Positions 14,112-29,099 of a stretch of 64,000 nt of DNA are shown in pieces. The position numbers and the translations under genes were made by a program. The stretch is taken from positions 49,104,001-49,168,000 of the forward strand of contig OX597836.1 in the NCBI GenBank assembly GCA_951406725.2. The letters run 5' to 3'. This DNA is from Octopus vulgaris. Its lineage: Eukaryota. The stretch's first letter is position 1; the number at the start of each line of letters is the position of its first letter. The notes under the pieces were generated by a model. It was given only the letters and a program-made list of their open reading frames with translations. It searched no databases and was not told the origin of the DNA.

Positions 14112-14480
14112 TGAGCGAACGGTCTTCGTCCCAGAGCTCGCAAGGTGGGAGAAGTCCGAATCGTGGTCCTTTGCTATTCGTAAGACCCACAGAAGAGAAA
14201 GCAGGTCAACCCCCGACACCGAGAGCATCGACGGATGGATGAATGCGCATCCAGGCTCAGCGGTTGCGTAAGAAGTCGGGGACAAGAAACAGGAAGAAAA
14301 AGTGAGAGAAAGTTGGAGCGAAAGAGTACAACAGGAGTCGCCACCACCCGCTGCCGGAGCCTCGTGGAGCTTTAGGTGTTTTCGCTCAATAAACTCACAC
14401 AACGCCCAGTCTGGGAATCGAAACCGCGATTCTTCGACCGCGAGTCCGCTGCCCTAACCATTGGGCCATTGCGCCTCCAC
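14112..14480 (-). mobile_element. tRNA-derived SINE (family D) with (CAA)n tail
   Basis: Minus-strand head GGAGGCGCAATGGCCCAATGGTTAGGGCAGCGGACTCGCGGTC...GGTTTCGATTCCC with A and B boxes; ends in CAA repeats; ACGTTGTTG on both flanks may be a TSD. Confidence 0.8.
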
Positions 14481-15310
14481 GTTGTTGCTGTTGTAGGGGA
14501 TGCCTGTGTTGTATCAGCGAGATTTCGTTTAGAGTAGCAGTCGTTGTTGTTGTTGTTGTAATTATTTAACCCCAGGTCCTCCCTGGTTGAACAAATCCTA
14601 ACATCAATCACAGATGAAAACCTCATGTCTTTTATTCAGAGATAATAGTGTATCTAGGACTACAGCATTCAAATGTGCTCTTCCTTTTTTTAATTCAGTA
14701 ACGTTAAGGCTGGGTCGGTTGAGGTGGCTTTTGCTGTTATTTCAAGCGACCACCAAGACGTTCCTTCAGGTTGCCATTCATTTGCCGTTGATGCTCTTTA
14801 ACTCTGACCAAGCAAACATATGACTAAAGCCGTTCCAGACATGACTGTCCGGTCTCTTTCATATATCAAAGACGTTTCACGCAAGAATGTCCTGTCATTT
14901 TAATATATCAAAGCCGTTCCAGACATGACTGTCCTGTCTTTTTAATATACCAAATCCTATGTGGTCTAATATGTCATTGATCTTTTTAAGAAGATGATCT
15001 GAAGCAGATTTGGCTGCTATAACTAGCAGTTCGGGCAACCGCATACTGAATCGCCCATGCGCTCTATATTATTGTGGTTGAGGTTGTCGTCATTGGTGTT
15101 GTGGTCAATGATAATGATGATGATGTGGGCGATAAAATGATGATGAGAGTGAGGGGAGGGATGATGATGATGATGATGAAGTTACACCCCCCCCCCGCAA
15201 ACACCTGACTGAAACACTTGCAATTTGGAATCCCGCGTGAGACTTAGACGAACATTCAGCGCTTGCAGTTACGAGTCGTTTACCGCTCAAGGTGGAGAAG
15301 AAGTAAATGT

Positions 15311-15424
15311 CGGGTTCAGTCCCACTGCGTGGCACCTTGGGCTGGTGTCTTCTACTATAGCCTGGGGCCGACCAAAGCCTTGTGAGTGGATTTTGTAGAC
15401 GGAAACTGAAAGAAGCCCGTCGTA

Positions 15425-15470
<46 letters not shown>

Positions 15471-15815
15471 TTAGAATAACTTAGAAAGGTTTTGGCCAGT
15501 ATTGGCCCAGGCCATGTCTAACTTAATAGCACTTAATAGCACCACCTGGCAAGAATTCACAAAAAAACATGGGGTTGTATGTGGGTGTGCGTGTGCGTGT
15601 ATGTCTGTGTTTGTTCCCCACCACCACTTGACAACCGGTGCTGGTTTGTTTACGTCCCTGCCTTAGCGGTTCGGCAAGAAACATCAATAAAATAAGAACC
15701 AGACTTTACAAAGGACTAATGAGTATTGGGTTCCTTTCATTTGACTAAAATTCTTCGACGCGGAGCCCCAGCATGGCCGCAGTCTCATGACTGCAACAAA
15801 TAAAAGATGAAAAGC
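15311..15815 (+). mobile_element. SINE family A copy with an extra insert in its internal microsatellite
   Basis: Matches 61459-61860, with about 100 bp of foreign sequence (15466-15570) in the (TA)n. Confidence 0.75.
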
Positions 15816-16604
15816 AAAGCATTTGAATGCAGAGGAAAGAATGTCGTTCTATGAATCCGTCTTCGTGGGAAAAACCATCTTCCCTCTCCATGAGGAAGCA
15901 GACAGGAAGACAGCAGCAAAGACGGTTTCTTGTAGATTGTTGTTTCGTTTTACATTTCTGCAAATATTTTTGCGAATTTTATTCTCAGTTCACATTTAAG
16001 TAACTTTCGCGACAGAATGAAGCCGAAGAGTTGAAGCAACAACGGAAAGAATGGAAATAAATAAAACGAGGGCAAAGAGAGGAAATAGGAGAGAATGAAA
16101 AGGATTAAAGAATGATATTTTCTTCTTCGGTCAACGCCATCAAATTACTAATTTGTTGAAGTTTGATTTGGAAAGGAAAGTGAGGATGGAGAAGCAAGTG
16201 CTCTCTGCCAAAGAATTTGTGAATAAAGTGGAAGAAATGGTGAGAAGGGAATGGACCTAGATTAAGCGTTGCGCCTGTTGATTGGAGGACAACAGTTGAG
16301 CGAGGCCTCGTGCCTTTCTTTTTTGTGGTCTGGTTGATCCTAGATCTTTGAGGTTCTTTCATTGGCCCTTGTTGGAAGCCCTTCTGCATCAGAAGGACTG
16401 CAATATTTATGTCTTCACATTCTTTGTATACTTTGCTTTCATTTGTCTCGTCTCTTCCTTTCTTTCCTTTCATCTTTTATGCAACCCCACCCACACATAC
16501 ACACAAATTTCAAACTGTTCTCGTAATATCCGCCTCATTTGATGCCCCCGTAGCAAACACAAAAATCATAGTCATCATCATCATCATTATTACTATTATT
16601 ACTA

Positions 16605-17141
16605 TCAATGAGAGAGCAGTGAATGCCATCAAATTGACGCTGGGGTACAACTATCCGAAGCCCAGTATACCCATCATGACTACCCGTCTGATAAGGGTAC
16701 ACCAGGCACATGCATCACAACCATATGTGCGTGACATGGGTATCCTATATCAAGATAAACAACGCATGAACTTCCACGTTGGGGCCCAGTTAGAATTTTC
16801 TTCATGTCGAGTAGCCCATCCCGCTCAAGAGGTCGCTGATTAAGGGTTGTTTAAGGATGTTGAGCAAAACACCCATATTTCCAACGGTGAATTATTCAAA
16901 CCCCAAAGAATTCCTCTCAACACATGGCCATCATCTCCCCAACTACTTCTGCTCCTGATCGTCATCCACCAAAGGACATGCTCAACTGGTTAAGGTCAAA
17001 CAACTGACAGGCAAATCTGTGGTATTGAGCAGAATATTTGCTGTAAAACCTATCTTTTATACCAAGACAAAACAATGTACAGGATAAGACTTCCAATCAG
17101 TTGAGATCAGAAGCCATGAGAGCCACTGCCAGGTACTGCAT
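16605..17141 (-). mobile_element. Non-autonomous TAA-array-associated element, copy 2
   Basis: Reverse complement of 9598-10155, flanked by ATT repeats. Confidence 0.8.
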
Positions 17142-17164
17142 CTATTATTATTATTATTATTATT

Positions 17165-17257
17165 CAGTAGTTTTATTTTTATAGCGTGCTTTCACTTCAC
17201 TACCGAGCGCAGCTCTGTGTGCCTTGGGTATGTGCTGTGATTTGTTGTGATGCTCTG

Positions 17258-17259
<2 letters not shown>
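17165..17259 (-). mobile_element. Extremely 5'-truncated R4/Dong-type 3'UTR copy
   Basis: Near-identical to 17441-17535; embedded in (ATT)n. Confidence 0.75.
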
Positions 17260-17318
<59 letters not shown>

Positions 17319-17335
17319 TTCTTCTTCTTCTTCTT

Positions 17336-17366
<31 letters not shown>

Positions 17367-17375
17367 TTATTATTC

Positions 17376-18160
<785 letters not shown>

Positions 18161-18564
18161 CACCTTCGTAATGTTGGTCATGTATCAAAATTTGAAAAAA
18201 TTATTATTATTATTATTAGTATGCACGATTCCTACCACCCGCCGCCCCCCGACTACCTGGTGACCCTCTTATGTTTCTGGTGGATTGCAGGATTACCCTT
18301 TAGCGCAGGGGTCAGCATCACCTCGTTAACGTTAATCATGATTAACACTCAACTGTATTCTGAGATTAATCCTGTTAATTGAGGTTGTTGTTGCTGTTGT
18401 GGCATTGATCCTCTTCTGAAATAATTTATGGCTTCATCAGCTGACTGTGTTGTCTGCATTCATTGTGGAACACGTATGACTGGGGTTCGATTTGGGGCTA
18501 AGCAGGGTCTGTGTAAATGATGTGTTCCCTATGAAGAGTGCCATAGTATTAGGAAGGGAGTGAG

Positions 18565-18982
18565 TTGTGGTAAGAAGTTTGCTTCCCAACCACATGGTCC
18601 CGGGTTCAGTCCCACTGCGTGGCAACTTGGGCAGTGACTTCTACTGTAGCCTCGAGCTAATCAGAGTCTTGTGAGTGGATTTAGCAGACGGAAACCGAAA
18701 GAAGCCCATCGTACATGCATATATATGTGTGTGTGTGCGTGTGTGTATGTGTGTGTGTGTGTATGCATGTGTGTCTTTGCGTCCGTGCTTGCGGTGTTTG
18801 TCACCTACCATCACTTAACAACCGGTGTTGCTTTGTTTATGTCCCCTAGCGATTCGGCGAAAAGACATCGACATAATAATTACCAGGCCAGGCCAGGCCA
18901 GGCTAGGCTTTAAAAATAAGAACTGTTCGTCGATTTATTCGGCCGAAACCTTCAAAGTTTGTGTCCCAGCGTGGTCGCAGTC
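18565..18982 (+). mobile_element. SINE family A copy (diverged)
   Basis: Colinear with 61459-61860. Confidence 0.75.
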
Positions 18983-19062
18983 CAGTGACTGAAACCAGTA
19001 AGAGATGCGCGCGCGCGTGTGGTGTAATGTTGAAAGGTGTTTGCGTAGAGAATATGATATGC

Positions 19063-19180
<118 letters not shown>

Positions 19181-20215
19181 GTGTGTTTGTGATAGTTTCG
19201 GGTGGTGATTTCCGGGAATACCCGTGATTTGGAGCTTTGGTACCAATGTTAGAAAGTCTAATTCTTTGATAAACCATTTTGCTTCTACTGTTTGCTTGAT
19301 GAACATTCCTGTGCTCTCCGCGCCACCCCTCAGCCCCAGCACCACCACCACCACCACCACCAATTCTATTTGTGCTATCGCATCAAACAACCACCACAAT
19401 CACTCCTACTACTATCACCACCACCACCATCACCCGACCTCACCCCAGTCACCATCACTGCTACTGGCATTACTACTACTACAACTACTACTACTACTAC
19501 TTGAGCTACTACTGCAATTACTACTACGACTGTCAGCATCTGCATCATCACCATTCACCACTACCACCACCACCACCACCACCGCTTCTATATCTCATCT
19601 ACCGGCATCGAACTACCGCCACAACTGTTTCACCATCACCATCATCATCATCGGCATTACTCTTGCTGGCATCACAACACCTCCATCACTATCACCAACA
19701 TACCATACTGCCATCGCCTCTTCCCTCCTCCTCCTCTATCTCGTCTGCCGGCAACATACAACTCTTCAATTCTAACTACAATTCTAACCATCGCCATCAC
19801 ACAACCACCCAGTCACCACCACCACCACCACCACCACCACTACCACCGTCGCGAGTACATTCACAAACAACGCCACTGCCATCGTCACCATTCCTACAAA
19901 CCGTCACAAACACGCTCACAGTACAACCACCAACACCACCACCACTTACTGCTAACAGAAGCAGCAAGCAGTAGGAGGGGGAGGGGGGAAACCATGCAAA
20001 GAATGTCCTCTTCCACTTGTTCACTATTTTCCAGCTCAGTGTGTAAACATCAACTTCCTCCTCCTCCTCCTCCTCCCGCTGCTGCTAACTGCACTCATTC
20101 ATTCATTCATCTCGTGTTAGCAACTCTACTTTCACTTTCCAACAAAACAAGCAGCAGCCTCGCTGTGAAAATCGCCACGTTTTTCTTTCTACATAGTTTT
20201 GGCGGCTAACAAACA

Positions 20216-20257
<42 letters not shown>

Positions 20258-20974
20258 GTCGTCGTGTTGTAAACTGCTGCTGATGTTGCGAACTCGCATT
20301 CATTCGCAATTCAGAGCTCAGTACAAAAATGTATGTATGATGTACGTATTCATGCACGTGTGTGTGTGTGTGTGTGCGCGTGTGTAATACGATTCTGCAG
20401 TTCCACGTTATTCCATATTCTTTAAAAAGCCTTTTTCGTACCCAGGCGCGCATGCGCAAATGCATCTAAACTTACACGAACTCCCTCATGTGGTGTGTGA
20501 ATGGTATGAATGTATACACACGCGCAATTCCATATACACACACGCACACACACCAACATAGACCGTGTTCCAATAAGACTTGCATGATATTTCATTCCTT
20601 ACACACATCCAGCGCGCGCGCACGCACATAGATTTTAAGATTTATTAAATCTGTCGATTTGAATATATCTCCCTTTCTTGGTGTCATTCATCAGTGCGCG
20701 GTCATGCTGGAGCAAGGACTTATTAGGATTTTAGAAATAATATTAGCCTCAAAAGTTTTTCTAGACTTTTCTAGATTTCCTCCCCGAGATGAACAAAAAA
20801 AGAAAAAAAAACAAACAAAAAAACAAGTATTAAGTTTGAGTTATGCAGGTTTTGAACTCAAAATGCGAATTTGATGTGTTATACACACACACACACAAAC
20901 ACCTTCCCCCATATGTGTGTGTGTGTGTATACTCATGTAATCATATCCTGAGTTTATATATATATATATATAAA

Positions 20975-21010
20975 ATTACCTGTTAAAGGTAGTTTCCCTC
21001 GTGTACACTG

Positions 21011-21088
<78 letters not shown>

Positions 21089-21132
21089 ATATACATATAA
21101 CAGTGTACACGAGGGAAACTACCTTTAACAGG

Positions 21133-21136
<4 letters not shown>
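20975..21136. repeat. Perfect 38-bp inverted repeat enclosing a (TA)n array
   Basis: 20975-21012 is the exact reverse complement of 21099-21136. Confidence 0.95.
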
Positions 21137-21182
<46 letters not shown>

Positions 21183-21279
21183 CGGGAAGCTTTATGAAAA
21201 TAGACAAAAGACGAAGGCAGGTGGAAAACAAACAAACAATTATATTAGTATGGCGCTCAGGAAATATAAATAAAACAAG

Positions 21280-21317
21280 TCTTTAACGTTTCGAGCCTAC
21301 GCTCTTCAACAGAAAGA
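21280..21317 (-). ncRNA. Minimal hammerhead-like motif, CUGUUGA core variant
   Basis: UCUUU-CUGUUGA-A-GAGC/GUAG/GCUC-GAAAC-GUU-AAAGA with a perfect 5-bp helix I; lies in a ~240-bp element between (TA)n arrays. Confidence 0.6.
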
Positions 21318-21668
21318 TACAAAGAGAGAAAAAACACAGAAAGAAGGAGAGAAAAAAAATGCGTGCAGTAACTAACGAACCAACATGGCGATCTCTTTTT
21401 TGGCCACCATTCGCTCCAATATATATATATATATGTATATATACATACTGTGAAAATAATAAGGGTAGAAAATTTAGAAAAATGTTCACACCGGTGGCTT
21501 GCATGCATAATAAAGTCAATAGACAACATCTTTTCATATATAATAATGTATAAACAATTTACGTATTCATACACGAAAGAGGAGACCTTTAACAGGACAC
21601 CTTACATGCTAGAAAGGGCAGTTAAAGCCCAAACCACGAATTTCAAAGGGAATAAAAATAAAATATGC

Positions 21669-21699
<31 letters not shown>

Positions 21700-21704
21700 C
21701 ACGC

Positions 21705-21735
<31 letters not shown>

Positions 21736-22216
21736 TGCACGCATGCATGCATGTATGTATGACTGTCTGTGTATGTACATGTATGTATATATCTTCATGC
21801 ATGTGTGCATGTATCTTTTATACTTTTATGCATTTCAACCTAAAGGCTGTGACCATGTTGTTATCATATGTATATGTGTGTATGTATGTATGTATGTTTG
21901 TGTGTATGTATGTATATATGCATGTATGTATGTATGTATGTTTGTATGTATGTATGTATGTATGCTTGTATGTGTGTGTGTGTATGTATGTATGCCTGTA
22001 TTTGTTTCCCTGCCATCACCCTTTGACAACCAATACTGGTGTTTTTATGTCCCCCTAACTTAGCGGTTCGGTAAAAATAACCGATAGAATAAGCACTAGG
22101 CTTACAAAGACTAAGAATAAGTCCTGGGGGCGATTTCTTCGACTAAAGGCGGTGCTTCAGCATGGCCGCAGTCAAATGACTGAAACAAATAAAAGAATAT
22201 ATATATGTGTGTGTGG

Positions 22217-22278
<62 letters not shown>

Positions 22279-22876
22279 GTAATTTTAAAAAGGTAATGAA
22301 ACTTTATTAGATACCTTGTTTAATTATAAACCTGGTGGAGACACGACTTTGTAGCTCGTTACGCTGTATTAGACACAGCCTTTGTTTTTTTTACGTAGAT
22401 GTTGGTAAAAAGGAAACCATTAAACAAAAGAGCATGTTACACGTAGAATGCTGTGTGGCGAAACAAGAGTTGTTGGTTGGTTGCATCGATTATTGAAATC
22501 ATTATTCAGTGGAATCCTCAACTTTAAATTCAAAACTTTTACAACAGCGACTGGAATAGACTGGAATGACTAGCAAATAATAAACCTTGCCAAGAAGCGT
22601 AATCCACATGTTGAATCCTAATCGGGCGAATATTATGTTTACGAAGAGTTAGAGAAGTAAAATATATTAGTCTTGTTTCAGGCGACCTGGTACAATCGTC
22701 AGTATGCCGGACAAAATATTTAGCAACATTTCGTCCGGCCTTGCGTTCTGAGTTCAAATTCCGCCCAAGTGTCGACCCGTTCATCCTTTTTTGTGAGTCT
22801 ATGACTGCAGCTGGCCTTGTGCCATTATTATTATTATCATTATTATCATTATTATTATTATTATTATTACTATTAC

Positions 22877-22911
<35 letters not shown>

Positions 22912-22913
<2 letters not shown>

Positions 22914-23250
22914 GAGTGGGAGAGCAGTGCATGCCATCAAAGTGACACCGGGATAAAATATACGAAGCCCAATATATCCATCATGACTACCCGTCTGATA
23001 AGGGGACACCAAGCACACGCACCACACATGCACGTGTGTGCGACATGGTGAACTTATATCAAGATAAACAGCACGTGACCATGCAGGTGGAGGCCCAATT
23101 AGAATTTTTGTCAGGTCGAATAGCTCATCCTGCTCAAAAGGTCCTTGAATAAAGGTTGTTTAAGGATGTTGAATGAAACACCCGTGTTTCCAGAGGAATA
23201 CTATTCAAACTCCAAAGAATTCTTCTCAACACATAATGCTCCCCCACTAC
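22912..23250 (-). mobile_element. Non-autonomous TAA-array-associated element, copy 3 (5'-truncated)
   Basis: Reverse complement of about 9815-10155; its 3' end runs into (AAT)n. Confidence 0.8.
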
Positions 23251-23591
23251 TTCACTGAAGAAGATCCAGCAACAGTGATTACCTTGGATGACATCAGGTA
23301 GCCACTGACGTTGAACGTGCTTTACCGGCGTACTACTAGGAACATACCCAACACCTATATATATATATATATATATAGTTCTATATTTAAGAGATGAAGA
23401 ATTATGTACATTATTTACAGTATTTATATTTGACGAATATTTGTCCTCATCTTGTTTGTTGTTAAAACAAGGTTTGTTGTTAACAGAAGGTTAACACAAG
23501 GTTTCCAGCATTCATCAGGTGTCTTGGGGAAATTTCGAAATTGGCTTCTCATTCCTAAGGTATTTTTCGATGTTGTTGTTGTTGTTATTGG

Positions 23592-23623
<32 letters not shown>

Positions 23624-23695
23624 TAAAATAAAATATGGTCCGTTGTCTTCGGCTGAACCGGGGTCATCCCTTGACCCTAAGGTCACAGTAGGTTC

Positions 23696-24256
23696 TCATC
23701 TCATGGAGAGTACACGGCGTAAAATGTGTGCGGAACCTAGCAACACAATTTTCTGAAGTTCTCCCACATTAACACTGCAAGGGAGTTTGTTGAGCTGCTT
23801 CTCAAGGCCCTTTTTAATAAGCCCTAACGCTCCAATCACCACTGGTGCTGTGCTGCTTTTCATTCCCCATATCTTGGTCACTTCTATTTCTAGGTCTTTG
23901 TACTTAAATAACTTCTCAACTTCTTTAATGGACACGTTTCTCTCTGATGGTACTGCCACATCTATCATTAAGCATTTCTTATTCTTCCCATCTTTGGTGA
24001 TTATGTCCGGCCTGTTTGCCTTGATTTCTTTATCGGTGTTCATTGGCATTCCCAGAGTACTGTTACATCATCTTTTCCGGACACAGTTTCAGGTTTATGC
24101 TGGTACCATCTTTCTGAAGTTGGAAGCTGGCAGTGTTTACATATCTTCCAATGGATATATTGCGCTACTCTATCGTGTCTATGAATATATTCGGTTTTTG
24201 TAAGCGGTGTGCATCCAGTTAAAATGTAGTCCATTCTTTCATCCTGCTCATGACAC
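23696..24256 (-). pseudogene. R4/Dong-clade retrotransposon fragment: zinc knuckle plus RLE, frameshifted
   Basis: CHEQDERMDYILTGC..EYIHRHDRVAQYIHWKICKH...VLW, frameshift near 24045, then ANRPDII..D....CLMIDVAVP...EKLFKYKDL...LQKIVLLGSAHILRRVL (PD..D..K); 5' junction lies in an ATT/ATC array. Confidence 0.9.
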
Positions 24257-24301
24257 ATTATTATCATTATCATCATCATCATCATCATCACTATTATTAT
24301 T

Positions 24302-24333
<32 letters not shown>

Positions 24334-24338
24334 TATTA

Positions 24339-24438
<100 letters not shown>

Positions 24439-24460
24439 CATTATTATTATTCCGGTTAAT

Positions 24461-24536
24461 GCCAGGAATCGAACTCGGAATCTTGGGGTTAGTAGCCCGT
24501 GCTCTTAACCCCAAGATTCCGAGTTCGATTCCAGGC
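24461..24536. mobile_element. Fold-back of a short tRNA-like element between (ATT)n and (AAT)n arrays
   Basis: 31-bp inverted arms with one mismatch, carrying the B-box GAGTTCGATTCC; minus strand reads GGTTAAGAGCACGGGCTACTAACCCCAAGATTCCGAGTTCGATTCC. Confidence 0.7.
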
Positions 24537-24541
24537 AGAGA

Positions 24542-24680
<139 letters not shown>

Positions 24681-24935
24681 CCTGCAAGAAGTGCAAAAGA
24701 TTGTCGTAACTGGTACATCACATGTATTGAGAAGAGCATTGTCGATGTGAGAACTGTTGCTGCTCATGTATTTTAATTTAACTTTAAAAAAATAATAAAA
24801 TTTTTTTTTTTAAATGAACGAACTATTGAGTTTAGTTTAATGGCCTACCAATGTATACTATGAGTTTCTTTGCCTTAGGAGTCGGGAAGACACTCGGCAA
24901 GAAATGGAAGCAAGTTTGAAAGAAGAAAAAAAAAG

Positions 24936-24978
<43 letters not shown>

Positions 24979-25012
24979 AATGATGATAATAATAATAATA
25001 ATAATAATAATG

Positions 25013-25136
<124 letters not shown>

Positions 25137-25139
25137 GTA

Positions 25140-25218
<79 letters not shown>

Positions 25219-25333
25219 TGATAATATTAGGAGGTTTCACAAGTCAAAGAAGAGAACACTCAATGTAAAGTCATAAAATGGGAAACACTTATATAAGTAT
25301 GCTTGCCAAACATGGCGCTTCATTCATAATATT

Positions 25334-25370
<37 letters not shown>

Positions 25371-25881
25371 ACACACACACACACATACACAAACACACAC
25401 ACAAGTTAATATATATTTAAGTGTTGGGTATGTTCCTAGTAGTGCGCCGGTAAAGCCCGTTCACTGACAGTGGCTACCTGATGTCATCCACGGTAACTAC
25501 ACAATTGTCGCTGGATCTACCTCAGGAATTCCTCAGTGTACGTTGAATATAAAACAAATGGAATGCACGGGAAACCTTATTGCTCACAACGATCGTTTCG
25601 ACACATCCTGTATCGATCCCTCGCAGGTGGGAAACTATACAGTTATAGTTTCTTTCCCAAACAAATTACACTCAGCTATGAGTCCATATCTTTAACAGAA
25701 ACGGCTGTAAGGTAATGGAGTTCATAAGATGACCATTTATTCCGTTGTCATTTGTCTTTCATATTACCTCGCTATACTCAGCAAACAGTTCGTTCTGAAA
25801 CATATGTATATATAACATGCATGCATACATACATACATACATACATACATACATACATACATACATACATACATACATACA

Positions 25882-25912
<31 letters not shown>

Positions 25913-26076
25913 GTGTGTGTGTAATGTAACAAGAGATTGATTGTTAGCTCTTAGATAAAATCTATTATTGACTTTCTTCTTTTTCTTAATATACAAAATC
26001 TGTCCACCACTTCAAACTACCTACACTTACATATATACATATAAACATACAGAGAAATAGATAGAAAGATGCATGC

Positions 26077-26122
<46 letters not shown>

Positions 26123-26155
26123 GCATACATATGTATATATACATATATATAAGTT

Positions 26156-26189
<34 letters not shown>

Positions 26190-26541
26190 TAATGCATATG
26201 TATATATATATATATAATGCATATATATATATATATACGAATGCATATATATGTATATATATATATGTATGTATGTGTAAGCATCTGTACACGTATGCAC
26301 TCAACGAGGATATTTGCCGTTTCTTTATTCCATATTTTCCTCGTGTGATATGTTTTAAGTTTATATTTATGCATTTATCGATTTCACATATAGTTATGGG
26401 TGTAGGTGGAGGGTGGGAGCGGTTGCGGGGGCGGGGACACATGCACCTCGAATGTACTTCGGAAGAGTGGCAAAGGGGGAGGGGGAGTTGTTCTGTTCTA
26501 TTGAATCAGGTATGCACTCACTCACACACACGCACGCACAC

Positions 26542-26579
<38 letters not shown>

Positions 26580-26712
26580 GCCTGAGAATATGTGTAATAT
26601 GTGGGTATATGTGTTGTGTCTCTGTGTGTTTGTGTGTTTATTTCTGTATGCATGTGTGTGTGTTTGTGCCTTTGCCTGGCTCTACGCGCGTGCACACGTG
26701 TATATGCATGTC

Positions 26713-26743
<31 letters not shown>

Positions 26744-26755
26744 TTGTAGAAATGA

Positions 26756-26809
<54 letters not shown>

Positions 26810-27034
26810 CTCTGTATGGTATATGTTGCTATTGATGTTATTTAGCCTCTGGACAGTCCTAATCGATGAAACAAAGGCATTCCAACCATGACCTTTGCCA
26901 AAAACTATGGGAAGGAAGTGGAAAGTGAAAGTTGAAGATTTGGCTTCTATTTCTAGCATTTCCAACGACCATGCAGAAGCACCCACGTTGGCTCATCTCT
27001 GTGTTTGTGTGCAGTTGTTTTCTACCTACATGTG

Positions 27035-27079
<45 letters not shown>

Positions 27080-27146
27080 ATGTGTGTGTGTTCGTCTATT
27101 GCATCTTTAGCCTTGTGCCAGCGTCAAAGAAATCGATAAGAAGTGA

Positions 27147-27193
<47 letters not shown>

Positions 27194-27819
27194 TCACACA
27201 CACACACACACAGACACACACACGCGCACACATTCACTCATACGCAGATCACATCACATGTAACGGTAATGGAATGTTACTGACCAAATTTCACGTGCTC
27301 TGCGCGACAGGGAAGCCATGCAGGCAGACAGGCAGACAAACAGAAGAGAACCAAGGCAAAGCACGACAAGCAGGCAGACAGGCAGACAGACAGAAAGACT
27401 GATAGGCAGGCAGACAGGCAGACAGAAAGAAAGACTGATAGGCAGGCAGGCAGGCAGGCAGAAAGAAAGACTGAGAGACAGGCAGACAGGCAGGCAGGCA
27501 GATAAGTCAAAAGGAAAACAACGGCGTTGAAGAGAGGAAAATGTGAGAGAACCGGGTGGAGGTATCGGACAGCAGCGATTGGTACGATAAGTTAGGATAC
27601 TTCTTTCCGAAGTCGGGTGGAAGAGGGGTGCCGACAGAAAACTATATTCTTGTGAGTAATGTAAATGGTTGTTAGAATTGTTAGCAATGAGAGGTATAGA
27701 TCTACTTTCAACTAAACCACTGCCTTCTTCGAAATATTGCCATTGTCCACGGAGATGAGTTTTAGAAGTAGCGTCACATTTTCAAAAATAGCAATAGCGG
27801 GTGCTTTCGTTGCAAGTAG

Positions 27820-27861
<42 letters not shown>

Positions 27862-28093
27862 TGAACTTGTGTCATTTCTACCTATCTATCTATGTATATA
27901 GTGTACATTTAACCACATAAGAGATGGCCATAATCGGACATCTAACTCGCTAGAAGGAGTAGTTAAAATCTGCTATGTGTTTAAATGTACACTGTATATA
28001 TAATGAATAATATAAAGTCTATTGACTGCTTTTTCTACACGCTAGGCCACGGTGGTAAAAAAATTCTAAATAATATTTTACTACCCTGAAATT

Positions 28094-28160
<67 letters not shown>

Positions 28161-29053
28161 GTTTGTGGGTATATGTGCGTGCGTGTGTGTGTATAGGTGA
28201 ACGTTTTTAATATTATGCTTCTTAAAGTGAAACTTTGAGGATGACGGTAGAACACGTGGGGGACATACCTGAGTATAGATTTTCGTTTTACCATACATAA
28301 ATGTATGCATGCACATACGTGCATACATGCATTTATGTGTATACGCACACATACGGTTCTATTTTATTTGCGGAATACGGAATATCATTACTCAATTGAT
28401 GACTGGTTTAATTTGATAAAGAACACAGCGTAATCAGCTACATGTGGTCCCATCTGATAACCCGTGGATGTTACATTACTTTGAAGCGTGTAATATTAGT
28501 TGACGATGGAATGGCCATGGCCGGAATGCATTTCATCATAGGTTTGTTTACTCTATCTCAATTGACCTGGGTAATGATCGCCCCCCCCCCGCCACACACA
28601 CACACTCACACATCGATAGAATAAGTACTAGGGGCCGATTTGATCAACAACATCGTCAAGGCGGTTCTTCTGCAGGGTTGCAATCCAATGACTGAAACAG
28701 GTAAAAGAATACATTTTTAAAAACCGCCACCACCGTCATCATCATCATCACCATCATTATCATCATCATTATCATCATCATCGTCATTGTCATCATCTCT
28801 ATGGAAATGTAGTTTGAGAAGTTAACGGTGGTGGCGCTGACGCTTGCGGCGTTGTCATCATCACGTTGACGACGTTGGTGATGACGGTGCGGGGAAGGCG
28901 AAGGTAGAGGTGGCGGTGGGGTGGAGAAAGAAGAGTAAGTCGTTGTGGTGATGAATGGTAAGGGCGAGGAGAAGGAAGATTGAGGAGTAAAGAGAGAGAG
29001 AGAGGGAGGGAGAGAGCTGAGAGGAGCAGTGAGAATCTAAAAGATGGCGAGGG

Positions 29054-29099
<46 letters not shown>

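Noticed and set aside
14400-14480. tRNA-like sequence
   Set aside because: Acceptor stem does not close and it continues into a SINE body; a SINE head, not a tRNA gene
20448-20457. GCGCATGCGC NRF1-type palindrome
   Set aside because: Easily generated in CA/TG/CG-rich repeats; no supporting promoter context
23494-23523. ACAC-CUGAUGA-AUGCUG-GAAAC-CUU-GUGU on the minus strand
   Set aside because: Helix II cannot form (apparently deleted); counted only as an HHR remnant
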